A stretch of 64,000 bases of DNA, taken from positions 19,559-83,558 of the forward strand of contig JBGSMZ010000139.1 of assembly GCA_041739845.1 (NCBI GenBank), in the 5' to 3' direction. This DNA is from Myxococcaceae bacterium. Its GTDB lineage: Bacteria; Myxococcota; Myxococcia; Myxococcales; Myxococcaceae. Shown one piece after another: positions 48,338 through 56,705 of the stretch. Every line of letters begins with the position of its first letter. Position 1 is the first letter of the stretch. Under the pieces are notes generated by a model that saw only the letters and a list, made by a program, of their open reading frames with translations, searched no databases and was not told where the DNA came from. The translations under genes were made by a program, and so were the position numbers.

Positions 48338-49054
48338 ATGAAGTTTCTTTGCTCGCACTGCGGACACCTTGACCAACCAGGGCGCTTTTCGGCGGACGGG
48401 GAAGAACTGACGCTCACCTGCTTGCGCTGCGGAAAGCCGACTTTCCACAGTCCTGCTCCGCTGGAACAGCAGCGCTCCCAACGTACCCCTCTGCCACAGA
48501 ATGCCCGCGTCACTCTCGTCTCCTCAGAGATGGCAAGCAACGTCGTGAGCATCGCGGACCTCAGCGTGCGCGCCGTCGCGAGTGCGAAAGCAAGTATTCC
48601 CACGGCCTTCGAAGTCCCCGAAGGCCATTGCCCAAAGTGCTTGCAGACTATTTCCGCTAGTCCAATTTGTGGCCGCTGCGGAGCGACGCGCGACCGCGTG
48701 GATATGGAGGCGCTAGCACCCCCCCAATGGCTCGCAAAGTCCTGGCGAGACTTGCTTCAAGAATGGGGCGACGGCGCTGCGCACAAGCGCATTCTGAGCT
48801 CCGCGGGGAGTGAAGGGGCGCTTGCAAGTTTGGGGCGCCTCTACCGGCTGCGCTTGCTCCATTGTCCCGAAGACCCTTGGGCACAACGGGCGATCGGCGA
48901 AATCATCGACACCGCGTCGATGTCCGCGCTGCGGGAGACTGCGAGCGTTCCGCCCACTTCCTTTGGATGGATCAAAGGCGCCGTAGCGCTCTTTACGCTT
49001 GGGGTCTGCGCTATCGCAATCTTCTACATGCTGCGATTCCTTCGGGCTCAGTAG
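48338..49054 (+). CDS. Double zinc-ribbon protein with C-terminal TM anchor
   Basis: ATG at 48338 is preceded by GAGG. Two ribbons are present: CSHCGH...CLRCGK and CPKCLQ...CGRCGA. The C-terminal TM is GAVALFTLGVCAIAIFYML. The listed 47903 start runs out of frame through the GT2 gene. Confidence 0.6.
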   Translation: MKFLCSHCGHLDQPGRFSADGEELTLTCLRCGKPTFHSPAPLEQQRSQRTPLPQNARVTLVSSEMASNVVSIADLSVRAVASAKASIPTAFEVPEGHCPKCLQTISASPICGRCGATRDRVDMEALAPPQWLAKSWRDLLQEWGDGAAHKRILSSAGSEGALASLGRLYRLRLLHCPEDPWAQRAIGEIIDTASMSALRETASVPPTSFGWIKGAVALFTLGVCAIAIFYMLRFLRAQ

Positions 49055-49076
49055 GTGATTGGGACCTGCTCGCTTG

Positions 49077-50825
49077 ATGGAATCAGGAGACCATGGCGTG
49101 CATTCCGAGAAAAGTACCGAGCGTATCGCGCGCGAAGTTGTCGCTGGATTTGATCGCCACTTCGACAACTTTCGTAAGCTTTCGGCGTTTGCAAAAGTCT
49201 GCTTTGAGCGCAGCGATTGGACCGCCCTTTCCAATATCCACCGTGAGCGCATCGGAAGCTTTGACCAAAACGTCCAAAATACCGTCGCCGTCATCCTTGC
49301 AGAGGTTCCCAACGCCAATGACGAAGCGCTTTGGCCCGCAGTAAAGCGCGCCACGGTTCTCAAGCTCCTCGACCACCGGCAACCGGAACTCGCCGAGACA
49401 TTCTACAACTCGGTTGTGTGCCGCGTCCTTGAACGGACGTACTATACCAACAAATACCTCTTCTGGCGCCAAGCCGTAGCTACTGATTTCCTCGATGGAG
49501 TGCTGCCCACCTATCGCGTGTACTACCCGAAGGACTTGGGCCTTCGAACAACGCTGCAAACGATCATCGACGACTTCGCTCTTGCCTGCCCTTGGGCACA
49601 TTTGGGGCGCGACTTGCGCGTCGTGGCGAGGCGCATCTTGGAACTTCTGCCACCTCCCAATGAGCTCCGCCCGAGCCTTCAAGTGCACGTGCTCTCGTCG
49701 CTCTTTATTCGCGGGCATGCGGCGTACATTATTGGTCGCATCCGCAACGGCTCCGACCAGTTCGCTTTCGCCGTGCCTATTCTCAAAGACGATGCTGGAA
49801 ACATGTATCTCGATGCGTTCCTGAGCGGAACCGACGAAATGACTCCGTTGTTTTCGCTCTCCCGGTCCTACTTTTTTGCGGACATGGAAGTCCCTGCGGC
49901 CTTCGTTGGGTTCTTGCAGACTGCGTTTCCCACCCGTTCGACCGCTGAGTTGTACACGTGTCTGGGATTGCAAAAGCAAGGGAAGACGCTCTTTTATCGG
50001 GAGCTTGATTTTCATCTGAATCACTCGACGGATCGCTTTGTGATCGCCCAAGGAAAGCGCGGGATGGTGATGTGCGTTTTCACGCTTCCGTCCTTTCCTT
50101 GGGTGTTCAAGCTCATCCGTGATCACTTCGACCCACCAAAGGACTTGGATCGGCGGCAAGTCCGAGCGCAATACACGCGAGTCAAGATGCACGATCGCGT
50201 CGGTCGCATGGCCGATGTCTGGGAGTATTCCGATGTGGCACTTCCCTTGGCGCGAGTCGATCCTGCGTTGTTGATCGAACTTCGCGACAAGGTTGGATCC
50301 CTCCTTAGCTTTGACGACGACAAGCTCATCATCAAGCACCTCTATATTGAAAGGCGCTTGGTGCCGTTGGACGTCTACTTGGAACGCGCGAACGAGGAGC
50401 AAACGCGGCAGGTGATGCTTGATTTTGGAAGAGCGATCCGCGAACTCGCTACCGCGAATCTCTTCGCTGGGGATTTGCTGCTTAAGAACTTTGGCGTGAA
50501 TCGTCTTGGTCGCGTCGTCTTCTATGACTACGATGATATCATTGCAGTCGATGCGTGCGTCTTTCGACGCCTCCCAACGCCGCGCGACGAGAGCGAAGAA
50601 GTATCGAACGATTGGGTATCGGTTGGACCACGGGACATCTTTCCGGAAGAATTGCCAAAGTTCATGTTTTCGGACTCTGACATCCGGTCCCTCTTCCTTG
50701 AAATGCACGCCGAACTCGTAGATCCCAGCTGGTGGATTCGTCTTCAGGAGACAATTGCCGCGGGTCGTTCAGTAGAAACCCAACCCTATTCCGATGCCGT
50801 TCGCTTCCACCCTCGGGGCCTTTGA
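49077..50825 (+). CDS. aceK: Bifunctional isocitrate dehydrogenase kinase/phosphatase
   Basis: Full-length collinearity with AceK: IAREVVAGFDRHFDNFRKLS...ERSDW..., ...KLIRDHFDPPK..., ...NLFAGDLLLKNFGVNRLGRVVFYDYDDI..., ...DIFPEE. The start is ATG 49077 or TTG 49059. Confidence 0.9.
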   Translation: MESGDHGVHSEKSTERIAREVVAGFDRHFDNFRKLSAFAKVCFERSDWTALSNIHRERIGSFDQNVQNTVAVILAEVPNANDEALWPAVKRATVLKLLDHRQPELAETFYNSVVCRVLERTYYTNKYLFWRQAVATDFLDGVLPTYRVYYPKDLGLRTTLQTIIDDFALACPWAHLGRDLRVVARRILELLPPPNELRPSLQVHVLSSLFIRGHAAYIIGRIRNGSDQFAFAVPILKDDAGNMYLDAFLSGTDEMTPLFSLSRSYFFADMEVPAAFVGFLQTAFPTRSTAELYTCLGLQKQGKTLFYRELDFHLNHSTDRFVIAQGKRGMVMCVFTLPSFPWVFKLIRDHFDPPKDLDRRQVRAQYTRVKMHDRVGRMADVWEYSDVALPLARVDPALLIELRDKVGSLLSFDDDKLIIKHLYIERRLVPLDVYLERANEEQTRQVMLDFGRAIRELATANLFAGDLLLKNFGVNRLGRVVFYDYDDIIAVDACVFRRLPTPRDESEEVSNDWVSVGPRDIFPEELPKFMFSDSDIRSLFLEMHAELVDPSWWIRLQETIAAGRSVETQPYSDAVRFHPRGL

Positions 50826-50832
50826 GACAACG

Positions 50833-51224
50833 CTGGAGCAGCCCATAAGCCGGGTTCTGTTCCCGGAGTAAACCGGGTAACCGGCATTCATCTGGGAGCG
50901 CCGTTACCGACGCCCTCGTGCGAGCTGACCCGGGAGACTCTAGCGGGCGACCTTCGCCTCAATGCATTGCTGCGCTGAGGACACTCCCTGCTTGCTCTTG
51001 CACCGGGTGGGGTTTGCCTTGCCGCTTCCGTCACCGAAAGCGCGGGGCGCTCTTACCGCTCCGTTTCACCCTTGCCTGCCTCTATGGCAGGCGGTCTGTT
51101 CTCTGTGGCACTCTCCTTCGGCTCACGCCGACTGGCCGTTAGCCAGCACCCTGCCCTACGGTGCCCGGACTTTCCTCGAAAAAAGCCCGAAGGCTTCCTC
51201 CGCGCCGATCTGGGCTGCTCCAGC
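50833..51224 (-). ncRNA. rnpB: RNase P RNA, bacterial type A
   Basis: The reverse complement carries GAGGAAAGTCCGGGC (P4 5' strand, 51163-51177 on +), GGGTGAAA.GG.GCGGTAAGAGCGC and ACAGAACCCGGCTTAT (P4 3' strand). A perfect 12-bp P1 pairs CTGGAGCAGCCC (5') with GGGCTGCTCCAG (3'). Length ~392 nt; ends are approximate to +/-3 nt. Confidence 0.9.
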
Positions 51225-51231
51225 ACTTTGG

Positions 51232-51260
51232 TCCATACGGAGTTTCGCCGATCCCCGCAA
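51232..51260 (-). promoter_or_regulatory. Putative rnpB promoter
   Basis: On the minus strand: TTGCGG (51260-51255), a 17-nt spacer, TATGGA (51237-51232), then 7 nt to the G that opens helix P1 at 51224. Confidence 0.4.
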
Positions 51261-51313
51261 GCTGTGTGCGCCCGAACACTCGGCTTGCGCAGCACTTGCG
51301 CTAGACTCATCTG

Positions 51314-52684
51314 GTGCTGCTCGCTTTGGCGTTGATGTCCCTTGCCCTTGGGCACCTCACCTACGTCGACTGCAAGGCGACGGACTTCGACATGGGGTTG
51401 GCGAGCGCCCTCGCCGCGCTCCCTGACGCCGCCATGGTCGAGGTCACCTGTTCCGCTGCGAACAGCGTGTGGATCCATGGGACCTTTCCTAGTCAGCCCG
51501 CGCTCGATGAGCGCGTCGCCCTTCCTCCAGGGAGTCCAACGCTGCGGGCCCGCGTGTTGGGATTCGTCCTCAGCGAACGCGCGCGCGGGCGCACGCTCCC
51601 GGGACGACGAGCACTTGGCAAGCCGAGGACTCTGCCTCCGGCTGCGGTGAATGAGGTAGCGCCCCTCGTTGCAATTCCACCGATCGTCCTACCCTCGGTG
51701 GACGTTTCGAACGCTGCTTCGCTTTTCGCCCACAACCCAGCACCTCTCTCGGATGCACCGCGCATCAGACCTTCCATCGATACGGACTCCGTCGAACGAT
51801 TGAATCCCATCGAATTGGCCATCATCCCGCAACTTGGACTCAACCAAGCTGTGGGTTGGCCCGCGAGGAACAATCTCGCGCTTGGATTGATTGTGGTGTC
51901 GAGTACCTGGCTCGACGGTCTCTCCATCGCTCCCTTTTCATCGGTCCAGCGCGGCGGTCGCGGACTTCAAATCGCAGCGCTCGCGGCTGAGGTCAACGGA
52001 AGCTGGCATGGAATGCAGGCTTCGGCGCTGATCGCCGTTTCCCGCTCACAAGCCACGGGGCTTCAACTTGCAGCTACGACGGTGGCCAAAGATTTTACCG
52101 GACTCCAGTTGGGAATCATCAACGTCGCCGATGAAGTGAGCGGGGCGCAGGTCGGGATACTCAACTTTGCAAATACTGTTCGGGGAACTCAACTCGGCTT
52201 CTTCAACAGCGCAAAACATTCACGCTTCTCGGTCGGCGCCATCAACGCAATTCGTGACACTCCGCTCCGATTCGCCATCGAAGCTTCATCCTCCGCAGCC
52301 ATTCGCGCAATCCTCAAGATGGGAGGGGGACGACTCTACGCAAAGCTCACTGCCGGTTGGTCACCGCTGAAAACGCTCCGACTGGGATGGGGACTCGGCT
52401 TCCACCAAACCCTCGGCAACTGGTTCTACGTCGAACCTGAGGTCGAGGCACAGTCGGTTTGGGATTTGCGTGAGCCATCTACCTTTGCCCGCCAAGGGGC
52501 ATTCATGGCCCGCACCAACCTCGGCTATCAATGGGCGCCGCAGTTGGCGATATACGTGGGTGCAGGGCTAGAAGTTCTCTTGATCCCTCCGACCGCGCGC
52601 CCCCAAGAATATGCGCTCTTCATTTTCCAGGTCGCCAGTGGGGTTGGCGTAGGAATCGACCTCGCGGCCGGTGTGCAGTTCTAG
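51314..52684 (+). CDS. Putative outer-membrane protein with ~15-aa G-x-Q-x-G-x-x-N repeats
   Basis: Hydrophobic N-terminus. Residues ~172-313 hold about 9-10 tandem units (e.g. TGLQLGIINVADEVSGAQVGILNFANTVRGTQLGFFNSA). The C-terminal half has alternating beta-strand patterns and ends ...AAGVQF (terminal Phe, typical of OM barrels). The start (GTG 51314 or ATG 51335) is uncertain. Confidence 0.6.
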   Translation: MLLALALMSLALGHLTYVDCKATDFDMGLASALAALPDAAMVEVTCSAANSVWIHGTFPSQPALDERVALPPGSPTLRARVLGFVLSERARGRTLPGRRALGKPRTLPPAAVNEVAPLVAIPPIVLPSVDVSNAASLFAHNPAPLSDAPRIRPSIDTDSVERLNPIELAIIPQLGLNQAVGWPARNNLALGLIVVSSTWLDGLSIAPFSSVQRGGRGLQIAALAAEVNGSWHGMQASALIAVSRSQATGLQLAATTVAKDFTGLQLGIINVADEVSGAQVGILNFANTVRGTQLGFFNSAKHSRFSVGAINAIRDTPLRFAIEASSSAAIRAILKMGGGRLYAKLTAGWSPLKTLRLGWGLGFHQTLGNWFYVEPEVEAQSVWDLREPSTFARQGAFMARTNLGYQWAPQLAIYVGAGLEVLLIPPTARPQEYALFIFQVASGVGVGIDLAAGVQF

Positions 52685-53790
52685 GGAGCTTGGGGCTCTT
52701 TCGAATGCAACACTTGCAAGCGCTCCAGGAGATTTGGGAGTCGGCGCGCCAATTCTTGAGGTTCTTTGACCGGTAAAAAACGCGCATCGGGCCCCTCTCG
52801 AGGCACCTCGAGAATCTTGGTGCCCAGCGCTCCTGTGAGTTCGCCGACGAGTCGCTCGAATTGAATGGCTTCGCGCCCGTCGACAACCTTGACGACGCGA
52901 TGGTACGGAAGATCGATTTCTTCCGCGAGTTCCTCGGCACTGACGACAAAGGTGTTGGTGTTGAAAAAGGGAAATGCAGACCGGTCGAATCCTCGTGGAA
53001 GCCGGAGGCCCTCGACGATTTGCGCCCGACCGCCGAGGCGCGCGATGACCCCTCCAAAGTCACCCGGCTGCGCGCGAACTGCCTCGACGGTAATCGGCTG
53101 CCCGTGTTGTCGATGAAGCGCCACAATCGAGGGGTCGATGGAGGCTCCGAGGTTGTCAACGTTGACGAGAACGAGCCAGCGTCCACCCGCTTTCCGAAAC
53201 GCCTCGAGGTGACCGCTCTTGCGCATCGCCGCCGGAAGGTCTCCGTGGCCCGTCGCATAGGGCGATAGAGATCCATCCGCCTCGCGAAAGAGTTCTCCTT
53301 CTGGCGTCAACCGAAGCGACGCACCTTGGGGAAAAACCGAGGCGGGTGCTAAATCCCGCTCCCCGATATGCGCACGCACCAGCGCGTCGGTTGCGAAACT
53401 CGTCATCACGAAAACCGGAATTGTAACCCGAGAGCGCGCCTCCAGCGCTCGGACAGACGCAATCGCAAGCTCCAGAAAGGTGCGGCCCTCCGCAACTTGG
53501 ACGACGGCCTTCACCACACCTCCGAAGCGCGTTGCCATCCCACCAGCGAGAATGACGACGCCGGTCTGGCCAGCGCGAAGTGCGCCGGCCCCTTCTCGAA
53601 TCAAAGCGTTGCGCTGAGAACTTCCAAGCGCTGGCAGGAGAACGCTCTCCTCTGGCGCGAGCGGCTCCACCGCAATTTGTTCGGTGACGATTCCTTCGTC
53701 GCGGGCGCGGATGCGAAATCTTTCCAAGGCAACCGGATCAAAGCCGTATGGTCGCAAGCGATCAATTGCTCGGGTGTCATCCTTGACCAT
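52681..53790 (-). CDS. UDPGP-family (eukaryotic-type) UTP--sugar-1-phosphate uridylyltransferase
   Basis: VVILAGGMATRFGG (the LxGGxGTxxG-like loop), YATGHGDL, and WLVLVNVDNLGASIDP, consistent with Pfam UDPGP architecture. Substrate unknown. Confidence 0.8.
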   Translation of the reverse strand: MVKDDTRAIDRLRPYGFDPVALERFRIRARDEGIVTEQIAVEPLAPEESVLLPALGSSQRNALIREGAGALRAGQTGVVILAGGMATRFGGVVKAVVQVAEGRTFLELAIASVRALEARSRVTIPVFVMTSFATDALVRAHIGERDLAPASVFPQGASLRLTPEGELFREADGSLSPYATGHGDLPAAMRKSGHLEAFRKAGGRWLVLVNVDNLGASIDPSIVALHRQHGQPITVEAVRAQPGDFGGVIARLGGRAQIVEGLRLPRGFDRSAFPFFNTNTFVVSAEELAEEIDLPYHRVVKVVDGREAIQFERLVGELTGALGTKILEVPREGPDARFLPVKEPQELARRLPNLLERLQVLHSKEPQAP

Positions 53791-53934
53791 AGGGGTGATG
53801 CATCCTTCGCTACGATTTTATCGACTTCTGCGCTACCAACGAAGGAGCGCCCGCACTTCTGCGTCGTCGGCACGGCGGGCCTTGTGGCCCAGGCCTTTCT
53901 AGGTAATGGAGAAAGTCAACGGAAGGAGTCCCAA

Positions 53935-55050
53935 TTGGCGATTACTATAGCGCAAAGTAAGAATCCGCGAAGCAAGGTCCCGGAAGCGAGTCTTGGCTGG
54001 GGCAAGCATTTTACCGACCACATGTTCATCGCGGACTACGACCGCGACCATGGATGGCACAATGCGCGAATTCTCCCCTACGGTCCGCTTTCCTTGGAGC
54101 CTGCTGCGGCGGTGCTTCACTACGGTCAAGCGATGTTCGAAGGGCTCAAAGCGTTTGCCCGACCTGATGGTAGAGTTCAGCTCTTTCGCCCCGAACGCCA
54201 TTGCCAGCGCATGCACGATGGAGCGCCGCGTCTTTGCATGGAGCCACCACCCATTGCGCTCATGATGGAGGGTATCCAGACGCTCGTTGCACTCGATTCC
54301 GCGTGGGTGCCCCGTGGGCCCGGAACCGCCCTGTATTTGCGTCCCACGCTCTTCGCCACGGAGCGGTTCTTGGGAGTGCGTCCCGCCAACGCCTACATAT
54401 TCGTCGTCATCGCTTCGCCAGTGGGCACCTATTTTGGGACCCAAGGAGTCCGACCTGTAAAAATTTGGGTAGAGACTAAGGAAATCCGCGCCGCGCGCGG
54501 AGGGTTGGGCGCGATCAAAGCCGGTGCCAACTACGCCGCGAGCCTTCACGCGGCCCACGCCGCCAAGCAGGCTGGCTATGATCAAGTCTTGTGGCTCGAC
54601 GCTCGCGACCACGAAACTATAGAAGAAGTTGGAACGATGAATCTCTTTGTGCGCATCGAGGACACCTTGGTTACCCCCCCCCTCTCGGACTCGATCCTCT
54701 CGGGAGTGACGCGGGATTCGATTCTTACGCTCGCTCGCGACCTCGGCTTCAAAGTCCAAGAGCGCCCACTGTCGGTGAAAGAGCTGCGAGCCGCCAACAA
54801 AGCGGGAACGCTTCGCGAAGTCTTTGGGACCGGTACGGCGGCAATCATCACTCCCGTCGTCGAGCTCGCCATCGATGCGGATCGCCTTACCGTCGGGGAT
54901 GGCAAACCAGGGGCCATGGCCCATCAACTCTTCGAAGAGCTGACCGGGATTCAACGCGGAACCAAGACTGACAAGTTCGGCTGGATGTTTCCCGTCGAAC
55001 CACTGAGCGCGCGTCCGGCGCTAGTTTCCGCAATTTCCGGCACCCGGTGA
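53935..55050 (+). CDS. ilvE: Branched-chain amino acid aminotransferase (class IV, long form)
   Basis: SLGWGKHFTDHMF...LHYGQAMFEGLKAF...ALYLRPTLF...GAIKAGANYAASL...EEVGTMNLF...GTAA. TTG at 53935 is preceded by GGAG (53924-53927). The listed 53368 start overlaps the divergent UDPGP gene. Confidence 0.9.
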   Translation: MAITIAQSKNPRSKVPEASLGWGKHFTDHMFIADYDRDHGWHNARILPYGPLSLEPAAAVLHYGQAMFEGLKAFARPDGRVQLFRPERHCQRMHDGAPRLCMEPPPIALMMEGIQTLVALDSAWVPRGPGTALYLRPTLFATERFLGVRPANAYIFVVIASPVGTYFGTQGVRPVKIWVETKEIRAARGGLGAIKAGANYAASLHAAHAAKQAGYDQVLWLDARDHETIEEVGTMNLFVRIEDTLVTPPLSDSILSGVTRDSILTLARDLGFKVQERPLSVKELRAANKAGTLREVFGTGTAAIITPVVELAIDADRLTVGDGKPGAMAHQLFEELTGIQRGTKTDKFGWMFPVEPLSARPALVSAISGTR

Positions 55051-56550
55051 GACGCCGGTGCCCGTTGAAAGCGTCTTGTCACAGCCGACGAGTTGCGGGT
55101 TCTTTTGACAAACCGCAGTCTTGATCGCCTGCGCATCGAGGGCCGCAAATTTGTAGCGTCCATTGGCAATCCAGGTCGGGCTCGAACCGATAGCGAGTTC
55201 GCTGGCCACGCGAATGTTCTCTTCGAGCAGTCTCTTGCCGACCTCGCTCTCCGCGCAGCGTTGGAGGACCTTGGCGTCGATTCCTTCGATCGCGCAGGCC
55301 TGCCAATTCGATGAATGAATGTTGCGGTTCCGACAGAGGATGTAGTCCAAGTACTTGGCGTCTTGGCGATAGTTCGCGGCCGCGCAGAGCTGCCGAATGT
55401 CCTCGCCGACTTCCGCTGGCCCGTGGAGCGAAGTGAATCCTCCCTTCGCCGTTCCCGCGGCAATGTAGTTCACCTGGAGGTCAATCCCTTTCACGTTGGC
55501 AAGTACCTCCCCGACGGCATTGAGCGCTTGCATTCCATAGGGGCACTCGGACATCACGAAGAGCTCCACCTTCCCGGGCTCCTCGGGGCGGCAAGCCAGA
55601 ATGCTTTTGCATTGTGAGAGCTCGCAAGCGCCGGGGTCCGCACACGCCGGTACGTAGGTCGCTCCCACCGAGAGCCCCAGGTATTTGCCTTGCGGATGGA
55701 GCCAACCGCTGAGCGATTCATACCCCTCCTTGTCCGCCTTCAGCGAATCGTCGAACAGGACGAGCGGAATCTGAGTCGCCCCTACCGAGCGCATCAGCTC
55801 CTTGGCTTCCGGCTCCGAGTAGTCGAGCTCGCGGATCACCGTGCCATCGACGCGCGTCGCTATTTCTTTGATGATGGAAGCTGGGTTGCACCCGACGCAG
55901 CGCTTGTCTCCCACGACCGTTACCCGCACTGGGGGAGCCTGGGGATTGGGCGCACACGCCTTCGGCTTCGATTCCCCATAGGCGGCGCAAATAGTTTTCC
56001 GGAAAGCCCGCGCGCTCCTGGCTCCAGCGTAGAGCTTCCCACCGATGTACAGCGTTGGACTTCCCTCGGCCCGGCGCTCTTGAGAGCGGGAAAAGGAAGC
56101 TTTGAGCAGCCCGCTGCCCTCATCCCCAGCGATGCATTTGCGTATTGCATCGACGTTGGCGCCGGAGGCCGCTGCGCAAGGTTCCCAGTTGTTCGCAACC
56201 TGCTGCACGTCGCGATTCTGACACGCCACCATATCCATCAGTTTTTTCGGCGAGTGTTTGGCCGCGCAAAGTTGCGCAATGTCGCCGGCAATTTCGCTGG
56301 GACCGTGGAGGGAACGAAAGGTTTTACTTCCGCTGCCTTCCCCAATGAACTCGAGGTGGAAGTCTACGTCGGCGCCAAGCGCATCGAGCGCCGGCTTCAA
56401 GGCGCTTTCTGCCTGAACTCCGTATGGGCACTGGGACATCACATAGAGTTCCACCACGACGGCGCGGGAACTCACAGCTCTCTTGGTACATCCAACTCCG
56501 GCGACGAGCGCAGCAGTCAGCGCCGCACTTCGGAACGAAAGGAAGAACAT
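55021..56550 (-). CDS. Lipoprotein with two GILT-like thiol-oxidoreductase-fold domains flanking a CxxC thioredoxin-like domain
   Basis: Signal plus lipobox-like AGVGC. There is an internal duplication: VELYVMSQCPYGVQAE...FHLEFIGEG...LHGPSEIAGDIAQLCAA... versus VELFVMSECPYGMQAL...LQVNYIAAG...LHGPAEVGEDIRQLCAA.... The central segment has VVGDKRCVGCNP. It overlaps the ilvE 3' end by 30 nt (convergent). Confidence 0.7.
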   Translation of the reverse strand: MFFLSFRSAALTAALVAGVGCTKRAVSSRAVVVELYVMSQCPYGVQAESALKPALDALGADVDFHLEFIGEGSGSKTFRSLHGPSEIAGDIAQLCAAKHSPKKLMDMVACQNRDVQQVANNWEPCAAASGANVDAIRKCIAGDEGSGLLKASFSRSQERRAEGSPTLYIGGKLYAGARSARAFRKTICAAYGESKPKACAPNPQAPPVRVTVVGDKRCVGCNPASIIKEIATRVDGTVIRELDYSEPEAKELMRSVGATQIPLVLFDDSLKADKEGYESLSGWLHPQGKYLGLSVGATYVPACADPGACELSQCKSILACRPEEPGKVELFVMSECPYGMQALNAVGEVLANVKGIDLQVNYIAAGTAKGGFTSLHGPAEVGEDIRQLCAAANYRQDAKYLDYILCRNRNIHSSNWQACAIEGIDAKVLQRCAESEVGKRLLEENIRVASELAIGSSPTWIANGRYKFAALDAQAIKTAVCQKNPQLVGCDKTLSTGTGVSPGAGNCGN

Positions 56551-56705
56551 TGGCGATCGAATCTCCTGGATCGGGCGGCTGAAGAACTTTGGGGTTGCGT
56601 ATTAATGCATGGGGAGCGTCTCGCATTTCAAGGTTCTTTACGCATTCGAAACGCCGCTCGCGCTCCCCTTGACGAGCGAACAGGCGCAGTCCATGCAGGG
56701 TTCTT

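Noticed and set aside
49083-50708. 541-aa ORF antisense to aceK. Similar long antisense or out-of-frame ORFs: 22320-23240 (tkt), 53899-54954 (ilvE), 60096-61145 (DUF4340-like), 55690-56709 (GILT-like lipoprotein), 25406-26695 (DUF58), 15855-16844 (thiL), 17971-19120 (msbA-like), 3145-3987 and 3340-4359 (TPR protein).
   Set aside because: Their translations are Arg/Pro/Ser/Gly-rich low-complexity strings with no recognisable motifs, while the opposite-strand or other-frame products have strong family signatures. Long stop-free antisense frames are expected in GC-rich DNA.
50918-51478. ORFs 50918-51142, 50962-51426 and 51053-51478.
   Set aside because: They lie over the RNase P RNA gene on the minus strand and have no protein-like features.
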